64,000 nt of DNA from Narcine bancroftii (lineage: Eukaryota), in contig NC_091470.1 in the NCBI RefSeq assembly GCF_036971445.1, positions 291,710,001 through 291,774,000 of the forward strand, given 5' to 3'. The position numbers and the translations under genes were made by a program. The notes beneath the pieces are model-generated. The model was given only the letters and a program-made list of their open reading frames with translations. It was not told the DNA's origin and did not search any database. Each line of letters begins with the position of its first letter. Within the stretch, counting starts at the first letter, position 1. Shown here piece by piece: positions 13,000 to 26,200 of the stretch.

Positions 13000-14330
13000 C
13001 ATGGATTTATTTTTTTGGCCACGGTAAATTGCTCCTCGAGTCGTAGTGCATGATGCAATTGATGGGAAAGGGAAGATATAGGTCAGAGGGAAAATTGGAG
13101 GAAGATGGGCCAGAATAGACGTAAACGGGTGAGCGGACGCAAGTTTATCTCCGAGAATGACAATGATGTGACTTTTGCACCAGAGTTAACTGATTTTACT
13201 ATTTTGTTGACGGCTCCATCACTGCCTTAGTCAGCAACGATGCCAAACGACCCAGAACCGTAACACCTCCAATACTCCTCGACACGACGACAAATCGCAG
13301 CGGCGAACGACGACTTAACCCACCACTGGCGATTATTTGGCAAATCGCGAAGGTTAAACATCATCAAACCAAGACAATGCCGGGAAACGATGACATCGAT
13401 GTCCCTTAGTAACCACACAACGACCCGACTGCTCGTTCGAAACGGCCGCCCCAACGCGCTCACGTCCTCGCAGTCATGAGGAAAAATACTATGGAAAGGC
13501 TAGTAATACAAGCGGAGCGGATCAGATCCCAAAGTGGAACTTCTCCAGAAAAATGCACAGTAATTTCAATTGGAATTCCCTGAGATCGCCGATTGCCACA
13601 CGAACCCCCTCCCCCCCCCCCCCCCACCGAACGTGACACAGCCATCACCTCTCCTCCCGGCACTCCTTTCGCTCGTTCGTCGGCTGTCCGGTCCCCAGCT
13701 CGATGGACAACCTTGTGGCTTGTCATGCTCTCCGGGAATTGTAGTTTTCATCTTCCATTCCCCGCCTCTTACCGAAGGCAAGGGCGCCCTCCGGAACTAC
13801 AATACCCACCCTGCAAAGTGCAGTCAGCGCATGCGTGCCTGACGCCGCCTCCACTTGCCGCTGTCTCTCCAGGCTTCAAGAAAGGAGACTTGTTTCGTTT
13901 CATTTGATAACGGAAACTGTGAGTGGAAGGGAGAAAGAAGCCGAGTACTTCCGTGTTTCGCCTCCCAGTGAAGAGTATTCCACCCAGAAACAGCCTCTCT
14001 TATTATCGACTGATCATGACACCGTGAGCAGTGACGATTACAAAACAGAGGGGCTGATTTGGTTAAAATCTGGATTAATCAATGAAACAATGTTGCAAGG
14101 GTCCAAGAAAAAAGACAGACGTATTCTGTCGGGGACGTGTCCGGATCCCAAGTGCCAGGCTCGGCTGTATTTCCCAGCCTATGGAGTCAGTATAGAATGT
14201 ACCGAATGCGGACAGCGCCATGAACAAAGAAATCTGCTGAAGGTAGAAGAAGTCACCGACCCTGACGTGGTCTTGCATAACCTGCTGAGGAATGCTTTGC
14301 TGGGAGTCACGGCCCCCAAAAAGGGCACGG
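13000..14330. promoter_or_regulatory. CpG-island promoter of VCPIP1 with ZNF143/THAP11 motif (13796-13815), NRF1 site (13827-13836) and ETS-type ACTTCCG (~13947)
   Basis: Sharp CpG enrichment over an AT-rich background; ACTACAATACCCACCCTGCA resembles the ACTACA-SBS composite; GCGCATGCGT matches the NRF1 palindrome. Confidence 0.8.
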
Positions 14331-16688
14331 AAATGGTGAAAGTAATGGGGCTGTCAAACTACCACTGTAAACTGCTGTCTCCTATCCTGACTCGGTATGG
14401 TATGGATAAACAAACTGGGAAGGCCAAGCTGTTAAGAGAGATGAACCAAGGAGAAATGTTTGATTGTGCCTTGTTGGGTGATAGGGCTTTCCTTATTGAC
14501 CCAGAGCACATTGGGACTATGGGCTATGGTAAAGATCGCTCAGGGAGCCTATTATACCTCCATGATACCCTGGAGGAGATCAAGAAGGCAAATAGTAATC
14601 AAGAATGTTTAATTCCTGTTCACGTGGATGGTGATGGCCATTGTTTAGTTCACGCTGTGTCTAGGGCCCTGGTGGGTAGAGAACTTTTTTGGCACGCCCT
14701 GCGTGAAAATCTCAAACTGCATTTTAAGATCAACTTGGATCGTTACAAAGCATTATTCCATGACTTCATTGATTCAGCAGAATGGGTTGATATCATCAAT
14801 GAATGTGATCCTTTGTTTGTTCCTCCTGAAGGAGTTCCTTTGGGTCTTCGTAACATTCACATATTTGGTTTGGCCAATGTATTACATCGTCCAATTATTT
14901 TATTGGATTCCCTGAGTGGAATGAGAAGTTGTGGAGATTATTCAGCTACTTTTCTTCCAGGATTAGTTCCTGAAGAAAAATGTCAGGGAAAGGATGGACA
15001 GCTTAATAAGCCTATTTGTATTGCATGGAGCAGTTCAGGACGAAATCATTATATCCCTCTGGTTGGAATTAAAAGTGGTCCTTTACCCAGGCTTCCTTTG
15101 AAACTGTTGCCTAAAGCCTGGGGCGTCCCACAAGAGCTTATTCGAAAGTACATACTGTTTGAAGATGACAATTGTATAGTAGGAGGTGACCGAAGTTTGC
15201 AGGATAAGTATTTGCAGAGGCTAGTTGCTGCCATGGAAGAAATTTTCTTGAAGAAGCATGACATCCATCCTTCACTGGTAGCAGATGTTCATCAGTATCT
15301 ATACAGACGGACAGGGGTAATTGGAATAGATGTAACTGAAGCTGCAAAAAAAGCTGTAATTGAAAATCGTTTGCAGAAATGTTTGATTTGTGGTGCACTT
15401 TCAGAGCTTCACACACCTACAGAATGGCTGGTTCCAGGAGGAAAACTGTACAATTTAGCTACAAACACACATGGTCAACTGAAGCCAGACAAAAATTATA
15501 GCTTTCCAGTTCATCATCTTGTATGCTCCTATGATCCAAAAGATGATGTTCTAGTTCCAGACTACAATTTGAGCCACATAACATCTTGCAACTGGTGCCA
15601 TGGGACATCCATGCGTCATGTTAGAGGAGATGGTTCTGTTGTATATTTAGATGGAGATCGAACCAACTCTAGATCCACTGGAGGCAAATGTGGTTGTGGT
15701 TACAAACATTATTGGGAAGGAAAGGAATACGACAACTTACCTGAAGCTTTTCCAATAACTTTGGAATGGAGCGGAAGGGTTGTGCGAGAAACTGTATATT
15801 GGTTTCAGTATGAAAGTGAAGTGGTTTTAAACAGCAATGTTTACGACGTTGCGATGAAGCTTGTCACCAAACATTTTCCAGGTGAATTTGGAAGTGAAAT
15901 TTTGATTCAGAAAGTTGTTAACACAATATTACATCATACAGCTAAAAAGAATCCTGATGAATATACACCTGTCACTGTTGAAGGTGCACATAGTCATAGG
16001 GATGGAGATTTGCAAGATGAACCAATATCAGAGCAGCATTTGCCAACCAAAATTATTTTAATGGGTCAGAAGTCAAAGACTTTGCATAAAGAAGAACTGA
16101 ACATGAGTAAAACTGAACGAGATATTCAGCAGAATATAATTGACCATGCACCAATTTTACAAAAGCGGAAAACAGACAAATCACGACAGGATCTGAAAGG
16201 ATCAGGTCAACAATCTCTTTCCGGAATTGTCAAAGATGGTTCATCATCTGCCCCAGTTACTCCCACTAAATCTCCTTCTTCCCCATTACCTACAAAGGAG
16301 AAAAAGATTAGAGTGACCACTAGTGATGGGAGACAGGCAACACTAACCCTTCAAGTATCCCTAACTTTTTCTGAATTTCAAGATAGTATAGCAAAAGAAT
16401 TTGACCTTCCTCCACATTTGCAATGTATACGATATGGCTTTCCTCCAAAGGAATTGCATCCTCCCAAGAAGGGATTGGAGAATGAAGTTTTGCCCTTGCA
16501 GCATGGTGATCGCGTATCGGTGGAGATTATGAAGGATAGCAAAGAATCTGTAAGTGATGCTTCAATATCTGTGACTCATTCCTGGAAAGGTGAAGAAAAT
16601 GAAGCATCTGGTCGAGCTTCAGTTAAGGATGTGCAAGACCACATTGATCTTGAAATGTCGTCCCTTTGTCTTCTTGCAACCTTAATGG
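14090..16688 (+). CDS. VCPIP1: VCPIP1 (VCIP135) deubiquitinase, coding exon 1: N-terminal Cys motif, OTU domain, UBX-like domain
   Basis: MLQGSKKKDRRILSGTCPDPKCQARL… matches VCPIP1; catalytic VDGDGHCLVH and SSSGRNHYIP intact; first in-frame ATG at 14090; phase-1 donor ATG G|gtgaga at 16688/16689. Confidence 0.97.
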
Positions 16689-17931
16689 GTGAGAAATTAT
16701 CTTTGTTTATATCATTGTTTTGATGTGGCTATTATGATGGCAAGGTAACTGGTAAACTTAAAAAAGGAAAATTAAGTACAAAAGGTGAAAAATACTGTTA
16801 ACTGGGTTCCATGGCCTTGTATGCCTGCTTCATTTCCAATCCACATTAATTTTAAGTGCTGAAATAGACTGCTACAAGGCCAGAACATATTTATATGAGT
16901 ATATTTAGCAAGAGTGAAGCTAGTGCACTTGATTCAATCAGTACCATGATGTGTTGAAGCCTGCAAGTCACTTCACCCAGCCATTATTTGATCTAATTAG
17001 ATTATGTGATGCAAAAGCATTAGGATACATGAACACACAGCATAGAGACATTATTGCATTTGGCCATATGAAAAATATTAACATTAGATGTCTGTTCAGA
17101 AATAAAGAGATATTCTGGTTTAATATATTTAGACCATTTGTATTTACTTCCTATTCGCAGGATCATCATTTGCTAATGAGTACAGGACATCAATGGAAAA
17201 TCAAATGTTTCTTTTGAAGATTTTTAAACTTGTGGACATTGTACTGTCGGTTATGGATAACTTGTCTGTAAAATTAACTTTGAGCAGTGGCATGAACTAG
17301 TAATGACCTTTAATTTTTTTTAAAAATTACTCGTGCATCGAACACAGACAGCAAATTAGTTTATGAAGAGATCTTGTATGTATGTACATACTATATTGGG
17401 AGTATTACACCATCAGTAGAGTTTTGAAGAACCTGTTCTAATGCGACTTGCATTTCACACCAATTAAATCTGTGAATCTCTTTTGGTTTTTATGTCGACA
17501 GCACTTCAACTTTGAAAGCTGAATTATTAACTGCATGAGCAAATTTACACATCTTGGGACACTGGCTTACACTGAGTGAACAAGAATGTTTGCATTAAAT
17601 TCTGTTGTGTTTGCTCATCTTAAGAAAACAATCTAAATTCTATCCATTTTGTAATAGTTTAATGGATAACAGTTCAGCAAATTTAGTATTTTCAGGCTTA
17701 AAATCAGGGTTATAGTGTTCATTTTTCTGTTCCATGCTGTTGTGATTTGTTTAGTTGATTGTCCCAGCTACAGAAATGATAGTTTCTGCAATGGGTTGCT
17801 AACAAGCTTGGTTTAAATGACAGGTCATTAAATCACAAAACTTAAAACAGTTAAATCTGTTGCTTTGTTAAAAATCTTTCATATGTGTGCAGTACCTTTA
17901 GATTCTTGAATAGTGTTCAGAATTAGAAATA

Positions 17932-20886
17932 CAGGGATCCCCTGCTTTTAGAACATTTGCTTTACATCATTTTGCTTTTATGAAAGAAATACATTAGTAC
18001 CTGTTTTCACTAATCTGAAGAGAATTTTTCTTTTCACGAAAAAAGGTGAGCGAAAAGTCGCAGTCTCTGGAAGGATCGTTATTTGCTGTGGTCAGACTCT
18101 GGGTGGTAGTAGTGAGCAAAATAAATGGTGACAAGGAGGTCATGCGAGATCTGGCCTAGGTGGCCACTATGTTGTATTTGGCTTCAACCTTTAAATAAGT
18201 TGGGGGGGCGTGGCAAGATGGCATAGAGGGCAGATGTGCGATCCCACCCCTTCTCAGCCAGTTTTTTAAGTACTCATCTTTAAAGTTTATCTAAGTGATT
18301 AAAAGTTATATCTTTATTTTTGGGAACATTAGTGGGTCATAATGGTGACTAATGTTAAAAAAACGAAAGCTCAATTACAGAAGAAATGATCTTTTAAAAG
18401 TGCTGAACAATTGAGGCTGAAGCCACGGAATTGTCGTTTGGAACCTCCAAGGCACAGAAAACTCCTGCCAGGCTGAGTATTACACTGGCGCCGACCTTGT
18501 CTCCACAAGATGGCGCCAGCGTAATGACGAGCTCATCCGGAGCGGACGCGCGGGCGACCTGGCTGCCGTCGGGTGAGCCGGGGAAGCGCAGAATGGCGTC
18601 GGAAGCTTCCTCTGTGCAGTCCCTGGCCTTGCCGGGCATGCGCGGTGCTTTCAAGGGTCCGTGAGTTACTGGACCGTGTATGGGCTGTGGGGGGGCCCCC
18701 GAGTGGTGGCGTCCGGATGTGGTCGAGTGTGCAGACCTGCAGCTGCACCGGGAAGGGCCCGACAACTTTGGAAGAAGAGGAAGACTTATCTTTAACGAGC
18801 AGTATAACACATCTGACTGAAAAAGAACATTTGAAATTGAAGAGAGATTGGGTTGGGCATGTGTTTATTTTTTCATTTAATTCTAAGACCAGGGGTGTAG
18901 CAATTTTAATTCATAAGAATTTGTCTTTTGAGTTGCAAACTATGGAAGGGAATGCTGGAAGGGTTTTAAAGGTGAATTGTAAAATTTTTACTGTATCTTG
19001 GACTTTGCTTAATGTTTATGCACCTAACGTGGATGATGAGTGTTTTATTTTGGATGCTTTTTGTTATTAAATCAAGCTAATGAAAATATTTTAGTTGGGG
19101 GAGATTTTAATTGTGTCTTGGATCCTTTGTTGGATAGATCCCCAAAAAGTATAAAGAAATCAAAGATGGTGATACAAATTGGGGCCTTGATGAAGGATTT
19201 AAATTTGGTAGATATTTGGAGAAGGGTTAATCCTACAGAGAAGAATTTTTCTTTTTACTCGTCTCGACATGATTCATTTTCTAGAATAGATTTTTTTTTA
19301 GTATCGGCACATTTACAAGGAAGGGTATTACAGGCAGAATATAAAAGCAGGGTTATATCAGATCATTCTTTATTTTTTTTTCTTATGTAAGAATAGAAGT
19401 GGTACGTTCATCTTAGATGGAGATTTAAAACAATGTTGTTGAAAAAAGACGTTCGTTATCTTTGTTAAAGAACAGATTGCTTTTTTTTGTCTGACAATGC
19501 TAATTCAGTAAAAAGTAATTTTGTGTTATGGGATGCGTTAAAAGGTTATTTAAGAGGACAGATTATTAGCTATACCATTAAAGTTAAGAAGCAGTATATG
19601 GCAGAAAGTTTAGAATTAGAAAAGCAAATTGATGAATTGGAGAAGGAATTTCAGGAGGAAGTGACAGAAGATTTAAAAAAGTGGTTTTGACTAAATTGAA
19701 ATTGCGTTATAATACGATGCAGTCTTATCAACTTGAATGTTTAATTAATGATAGTGTTACTAAATTGACGAATGTGCAGTATGGAATGGTTAATTATAAT
19801 TTTCTACATCAGTTGTATTTAACCCCAGAGAAATTGAAAAAATATGGTTTTAGTAATTCAGATTCTTGTTTTACTGGAACGTTTTTACATGTTGTTTGGT
19901 CTTGTGCGCATGTACAACCATTCTGGGATGAAATTAAGTTAATTTTGGAAAAATTATATAATTTTAAGTTACTATTAGATCCATCTATTTTTTAATGGGT
20001 TATATGATTCCTTTAAAGGGATTAGGGTTGGATAAATTTCAAATTGCATTTATATATTTAGCATTGTCTGTAGCTCGAAAATGTATAGCAAGTACATGGA
20101 AAGATAATTTAGTGATTAATATAATGCGATGGCATAATGAATTGAAAGCTTGTTATGAAAAAAAATTACATATAATCTGCATGACAATTATTTTTTTTGT
20201 TAATAAGTGGTTACCATATTTGGAATATATGCATTTAGATATATCCTGATTTATTATATACTTTTAGTTTCTTTTATATATTTTTAGCTCTCCTTAAGAG
20301 AGCTGGCTGATGGGTGGGGATTTGATTTATTTTTTGTTTTTTTTCTTATTATTTTTGTTGTTTTTTAATTTTTAAAATAAAAAAAAAATATATTCATATA
20401 AAATTCTCTTTATGAAATGTATTCTGTATTACTATTAATGATTGTTCAAATAAATAAAGTTTAATAAAAAACCTTTAAATAAGTTGAGAGCGAATGGGAG
20501 GAGGAAGAGGGGGGTGGACGGAGCGAGGGAGATACTGAGCATAGGGGGCTTAGGAGGGAAACACTTGGGGCAAAAGGAATTGGCACTAGGAGAGAGGCCC
20601 GAAGGTGGCTCTGCCTGAGGAATGAGAGGCTGGAGGTGAGAGGCAGTTAGTGGGCGAGGGAAAAGAAAGAGGTGTGTTCGTTGTATGTGTGGGTGAGGGG
20701 AGTGCTAGGGATGTGGCCTGGAAACCAAGGGGGTGGCAACCTGAAAAGGTTTGGGAACCACTGTGTTGGATTAATCATGTATGATTTTATAGGTTTTTTG
20801 GGGGTCTGGGAACACTCAAAATGATTTCCTATATAAATTAATGGTAATTGCTTCTTTCCGTCATTTTGGATAGTGGGGGATACCTG
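17932..20886. mobile_element. Tigger/pogo-type non-autonomous DNA transposon split by an L1-derived insertion
   Basis: ta|CAGGGATCCCC… and …GGGGGATACCTG|ta imperfect terminal inverted repeats with TA TSD. Confidence 0.65.
18203..20469 (+). mobile_element. Internally deleted L1-clade element (5'UTR, ORF1 start, endonuclease, ORF2 C-terminus, A-tail; RT missing)
   Basis: 17-bp TSD AACCTTTAAATAAGTTG (18186-18202, 20470-20486); 5' GGGGGGCGTGGCAAGATGGC; EN motifs THL…KRDW, NVYAPN, VGGDFN, SRIDFF, SDHS; jumps at ~19745 to YNFLHQLYLTP…HVVWSC. Confidence 0.85.
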
Positions 20887-22749
20887 TATAGGCTAACATA
20901 TTACCATGTAACTTAATTTACATAAGAAAGAACACCCAGTTCTACAATTCCACTCCTCAAGTAGGGAATTTAAAAAAACAGTTTGGATCCTTGGCTGTTA
21001 TTGTTCTGAGCAAAACTGTCATTTTCAAATTATGTACTTTCAAATTAGTTGTTGATGGACACCCCAGCTTTAGCTCATTATGGAGTCTAACCCTGCAGTT
21101 AAAATGTACCTTGTACAGAATGTTTCCTAATTTCAAAATATGGTCATAAAGTTTTGCCACAATGGCTGCAATCAATATGTTCAGTTTGGTGAGGTTGTTG
21201 GTTTGGTTCTGTGTTTGTCTTTCCTTTCTAATTTTCCCAAGAAATAGAATTACAGATGTCAGCTTTGTATTTTAAATTGTGTTTTCCATCTGAAAGACTG
21301 TGTAAGAAGTCTAAAGTTCTGGGTGAGCAGGCCAAACACTGAGTGGGGGGAGGTGGGGTGGGGGGGGGTGTGTGAAATTGAAGTGGCAGATTTCCAAGTA
21401 GTTGATTATTATACCAGAATGGAATCCAATAGCAAGAATTTGTATTTGTATAACACAGAAGATGAACTGAAACACATGATGGGCATAATCAAAGAAATGG
21501 GCATTGATAAAAGGAATGAAATATTAGAAATATGGCATTGAATAATATTCAAAGAAGGGATTAGGTCTTGGAAGATGTTTGGAGTTACCATTGTCAAGTG
21601 AATTATGCAAGTTTTAAATTGTTGGAAAAAACAATCCTGTTTCTGCTTTCCTATTTTTTCCCCTTTTTCTTTTCTTCCCCCAGTGTGCATTTATTTTCCT
21701 TTCTAGAGTTCCTTTTGAGTCACCCATCTCTTTATCAGTGTTTTAGATCAAATCAGTTTGATGTTTTCTTTAAAATATACTTCCACTGGTACATTCCTAG
21801 TTAGCTTTCATTGGAAAGATTTTGTCAGAATCAACATCTGAGGAGAGGAGCAGGTAATTTTGAGGGATGGTTGTTGTCTTGAAGAGATTATGGCAGGTGT
21901 TGATTATTGTGTCCTGACTTCAATCCCTCCATCGGTTGCTCCCAGACATACAACCACTAATTGGTGTTTTACGAGGGAAAAATCCATCACTGGTCTGATG
22001 AGCCGAGGGTGTTCAGTATCTAACCAAAGCTGCAAGAAACTGTGTGAAAGACTTGTCCATTTTCAGTAATGATGCCCTTATTAAAATCTGCCACAGCACA
22101 TCTCCCTTTAAGGTGTTGTAGTTTTGTTTTAAGTAGTCCAGGTAACTAACAATCTGACTACTTGGGAACTTCACTCCAGTCAAAAAAAAATCTGTGTGTC
22201 GTTTTATAAAATGGGCCTTGGAAGTCCAAATATACCATATCGACCTTGTTTCTCTTGTTGACTTTTGTATTTTGTTTCATCGAGGCCCTCCCAAGCTAGA
22301 TGCGTAAGATTTGCATTTGACAAATCCACGTTAGCTGTCTCTAATCAATCTATATTTGTCCATGTAAATGCCAATTCTAACTGATTTTATTTATTGTACA
22401 CCAACCACTACTTGGGATGAACTGACAGATCTGTCATTATGAGGTTTATCCTCACACCATTTTGTCTTTGAACAATTTCAATTTTCCAATACTTGAGTGT
22501 CATCAAGTGTCTTACAATTTCCTCCTTTCTATTACTGACCTAGAATACGTTCCATCTGCATCAAGAGTATGTACACCTTTGGTGCAGTTTGTTTTTGCAC
22601 TCTCGCCATTTTACCATTTTTGCCAGCCAGAATCTCAATTACTTCCTCTTCCAGCAGAAATTTCTTCTTTTGTAAGGACGAGTGTAACACTCAGTCATAT
22701 CCTCCCAACTCCATGAGCAGGCTTATTTTTAAACTCTGATCAGCTCCAT

Positions 22750-23200
22750 AGAACATTGCAGCACAGAAACAGACACCTTCAGCCCTTCTAGTCTGTGCCA
22801 AACCATTTTTTTGCCTAGTTCCACTGACCTGCACTCAGTCCATAGCCCTCCATACCTCTCCCATCCATGTACCTGTCCAAATTCTTCTTAAATGTTAAAA
22901 TTGAGCCCACATTCTCCACCTCAGCTGGCAGCTCATTCCACACTTTGTGTGAAGAAGTTCCCCCTAAATTTTCCCCCTTTCTCTCTTAATCCATGTCCTC
23001 TGATTTGTATCTCACCTACCTTTAGTGGAAAAAGCCTATCTACATTTACTCTGTCCATGCTCTTCATAATTTTAAATACCTCTATCAAATCTCCCCTAAA
23101 TCTTCTATGTTCTAGGGAATAAAGCCTTAACCTGTATGACCTTTCCCTGTAACTCCATTCTTGAATATTGGGTAACATCCTAGTAAATCTTTTCTGCGCT
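22750..23200 (-). mobile_element. CR1 LINE 3' end
   Basis: SYRER…LYSLEHRRFRGDLIEVFKIMK…RGHGL…FFTQ C-terminal motif plus the CR1 3' tail. Confidence 0.9.
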
Positions 23201-26200
23201 AGGAGGAGTCACGTGATGGAGTAGTGGTCAGTAGGGTAAAACTAGCCCTCTCCAGAAAAGAAAAAAAAGTTAAGAAAAGACAAAGTTCAATAAATACAAA
23301 ATATAAGATAAAGTTGCAGAGAAGAGAAAGAAAATGGCACCTAAGAAGGAAAAAGTAAAAACAACGGGGAAAAAAAGAAGAAAAGACACCGGAAAAGAAA
23401 GGAGAAGGCCTTACCTGCACGAAGGAACAGGGAGCCATGGTGAAGAGCGCCCGATCTCTGAGGTTGGTGACGGCCCCGCGGAGTCGCGACCCCCCCCGAC
23501 CGGTGGACTGCAAAAATGGCTCTCTGAGCCAAACAAAAGTGCGCAACTGCGCAATCAAAGGTAAAGGAAAACACCAACGGGAGGGGGGCTCAGCCGAGGA
23601 GCGGGCAACCACGGTGCAACCAGCTGAAGGATGCCCGACACCAGGGCTCTCAGCTGGAAGATGAGGAAAGCGGCAGGAGAGGGAGTGAAGAACCAGGTGA
23701 GAAAGAAAGTTGACGGGGTGAAAAGAAAGAGGAGCAGCAGCAGGAGTCTCAACAGATGAGCAGCTCAGAAGAAGAGGACCAACAGCAAGAGGCCAAGCAA
23801 GAAGAGACCCGACAAAGTGAGACAAGCTACTCATCAGAAAAATCAGAAGAGTCACAGACACAAAGAAGAAGACACAAACACAGGTACAGACACAGAAGAA
23901 GGGGAAGAAGAAGACCAAGATCTTCACAGAGAAATAGAAGGTAAAACAGATGGACAGAATATAGATAAAGCTTTTTTTTGAAGAACAAATGGAGAGCATT
24001 AAAAGAATGGTTGTCATTAGAATTTAGTGCAATTAAAAGAAAAATGAAAAGAACAGAAGATAAAATGCAACGATTAGAACTAGTCATGACAGAAATAGGG
24101 AAAAGAGTAGAAAATGTGGAAGAACAAGAAATAGCTGTAGAAATGGAAGTAAACAACTTATGAGGAAAATTGGAAGAAAGTGATAAAAAAATTAAAGAGA
24201 CACAAGAGTTGTTGGCTCAGAAAATTGATATGTTGGAAAATTATAGTAGGCAAAACCACATAAAAATAGTGGGCCTGAAGGAAGATGAAGAAGGCACAGA
24301 TATGAAGGAATTTATAAAAGAATGGATCCTGAAGGTCCTGGGAATGGCAGAAATGCAAGAAGAAATGGAAATAGAAAAGGGCACACAGAACACTAGTTCT
24401 GAAACCACAGACACATCCAAAACCAAGATCCATTTTAGTAAAATTTTTGAGATATACGACAAGAGAAAATATAATGGAGCGGGCAAGGAATAAAATTAGA
24501 GAAGACGAATAAACCACTGGAATACAAGGGTCAAAAAATATTTTTTTACCCAGACATAAGTTTTGAACTCTTAAAGAAGAGGAAGGAATTTAATACAGCA
24601 AAATCGATCCTATGGGAAAAAGGTTATAAATTCATGTTAAGACATCCAGCTGTGCTTAAAATATTTATCCACGGGGAGCAAAACAGACTGTTCTCGGATC
24701 CGGAGGAAGCACAAGAATTTGCAGAATGCTTGCAGGACATAAAGAGAGATGAAGAGGTGTAATAAGAATGAAGAATGGCGATTAAAATATATTTAAAGAT
24801 GTATTAACAATGTATATGTAAAGAACTAAAGGAAAAGAGAAGGGAAGGAAGGAAGAAAGTAAGGGGGGAAAAAAAGGGAGAACTTTGTTATATATGTGTG
24901 TGTTTTTTTTAAAAAGTGTTTTCTGGGGGGGGTTGGGGGGGAAGAGAATAACCATCACTGCGAAATCAGTTGATGCTTGCAAGCAGGTTCGCAATCCAAA
25001 TGAAAAGGTTTCCTGGCAAGGGATAAGGGGCAACTTAGAGAGGGGGGGGGATATTTGGGGTTAAGGGAATATTGGATGTGGGAGTTGTTGAAGTATTTTA
25101 TGTTTTAAATGTGTTGTTATACATTGAATTTAAAAAGGGAAAACTGAGAGATAAAAATGGAGGAAAAGGGGGATGGTGGTAGTGAGGAAGTGGAAATGAG
25201 GTGTAAACAGGATATGAGATGGCCACGTTGAACTATATGACTATAAACATTAATGGAATACATAACCAAATTAAAAGGAAGAGGTTATTAAATTTACTGA
25301 AAAAAAAGAAAAAATAGACATAGCATTTGTGCAGGAAACGCATCTAACTGAAGTGGAACATAACAAATTAAAGAGAGACTGGGTAGGACACGTAGCGGCA
25401 GCATCATATAATTCAAAAGCTGGAGGTGTAGCTATATTAATTAATAAAAATGTTCCAATCAAAATAGAGGAGGAAATAATAGATCCAGCAGGGAGGTATG
25501 TAATGATAAAGTGTCAGATATATTCAGAATTTTGGAATTTGCTCAATATATATGCACCTAATGAGGAGGATCAAAAGTTTATGCAAAATTTTTTTGAAGA
25601 TTGTAAATACACAATGAAATATATTGATAAGAGGAGATTTTAACCTTAATTTGGATCCAATGTTGGATAAAACTGGACAAAAGACGAGCAAAAAGAATAA
25701 AGAGGGCAAATTTATGGTTAAATCAATGCTGGAAATGAAACTTATGGATATATGGAGGAGGCAGTACCCAAGGGAGAAGGAATACTCATATTATTTGAGT
25801 AGGCATAAAACATACTCAAGGATTGATATGTTTTTGTTGTCGGCCCATATTCAAGGGAGAGTTAGGAAAACTGAATATAAAGCTAGGTTACTATTTGATC
25901 ATTCACTCCTGTTATTAGCAATAGAACTGGAGGACATCCCATCAAGAACATATAGATGGAGGTTAAACTCCATGCTATTTAAAAGGCAGGAATTTAGAGA
26001 GTTTATTGAACGCCAAATTAAAACACATTTTGAAATAAATACGGAATCAGTGAAAGACAAATTTATATTATGGGACACAATGAAAGCCTTCATTAGAGGG
26101 CAGATAATAAGTTATGTAATTAAGATGAAAAAGGACTACAATCGGGAAATAGAGCAGTTGGAAAGGGAGAAAGTAAGTACAGAAAAGGAACTAGCAAAAA

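Noticed and set aside
13835-14089. 85-codon in-frame extension of the VCPIP1 ORF from a GTG
   Set aside because: The GTG lies inside the NRF1 promoter motif (probably upstream of the TSS), and the peptide has no similarity to known VCPIP1; treated as promoter/5'UTR.
16689-16723. C-terminal EKLSLFISLF* of the 962-aa ORF
   Set aside because: Intron read-through past a canonical donor; homology resumes in exon 2 at 31548.
23199-24017. 272-aa hydrophobic minus-strand ORF (possible L1 ORF0-like or membrane protein)
   Set aside because: Antisense of the purine-rich L1 ORF1 gives Phe/Leu/Ser-rich stop-poor frames; no independent support.
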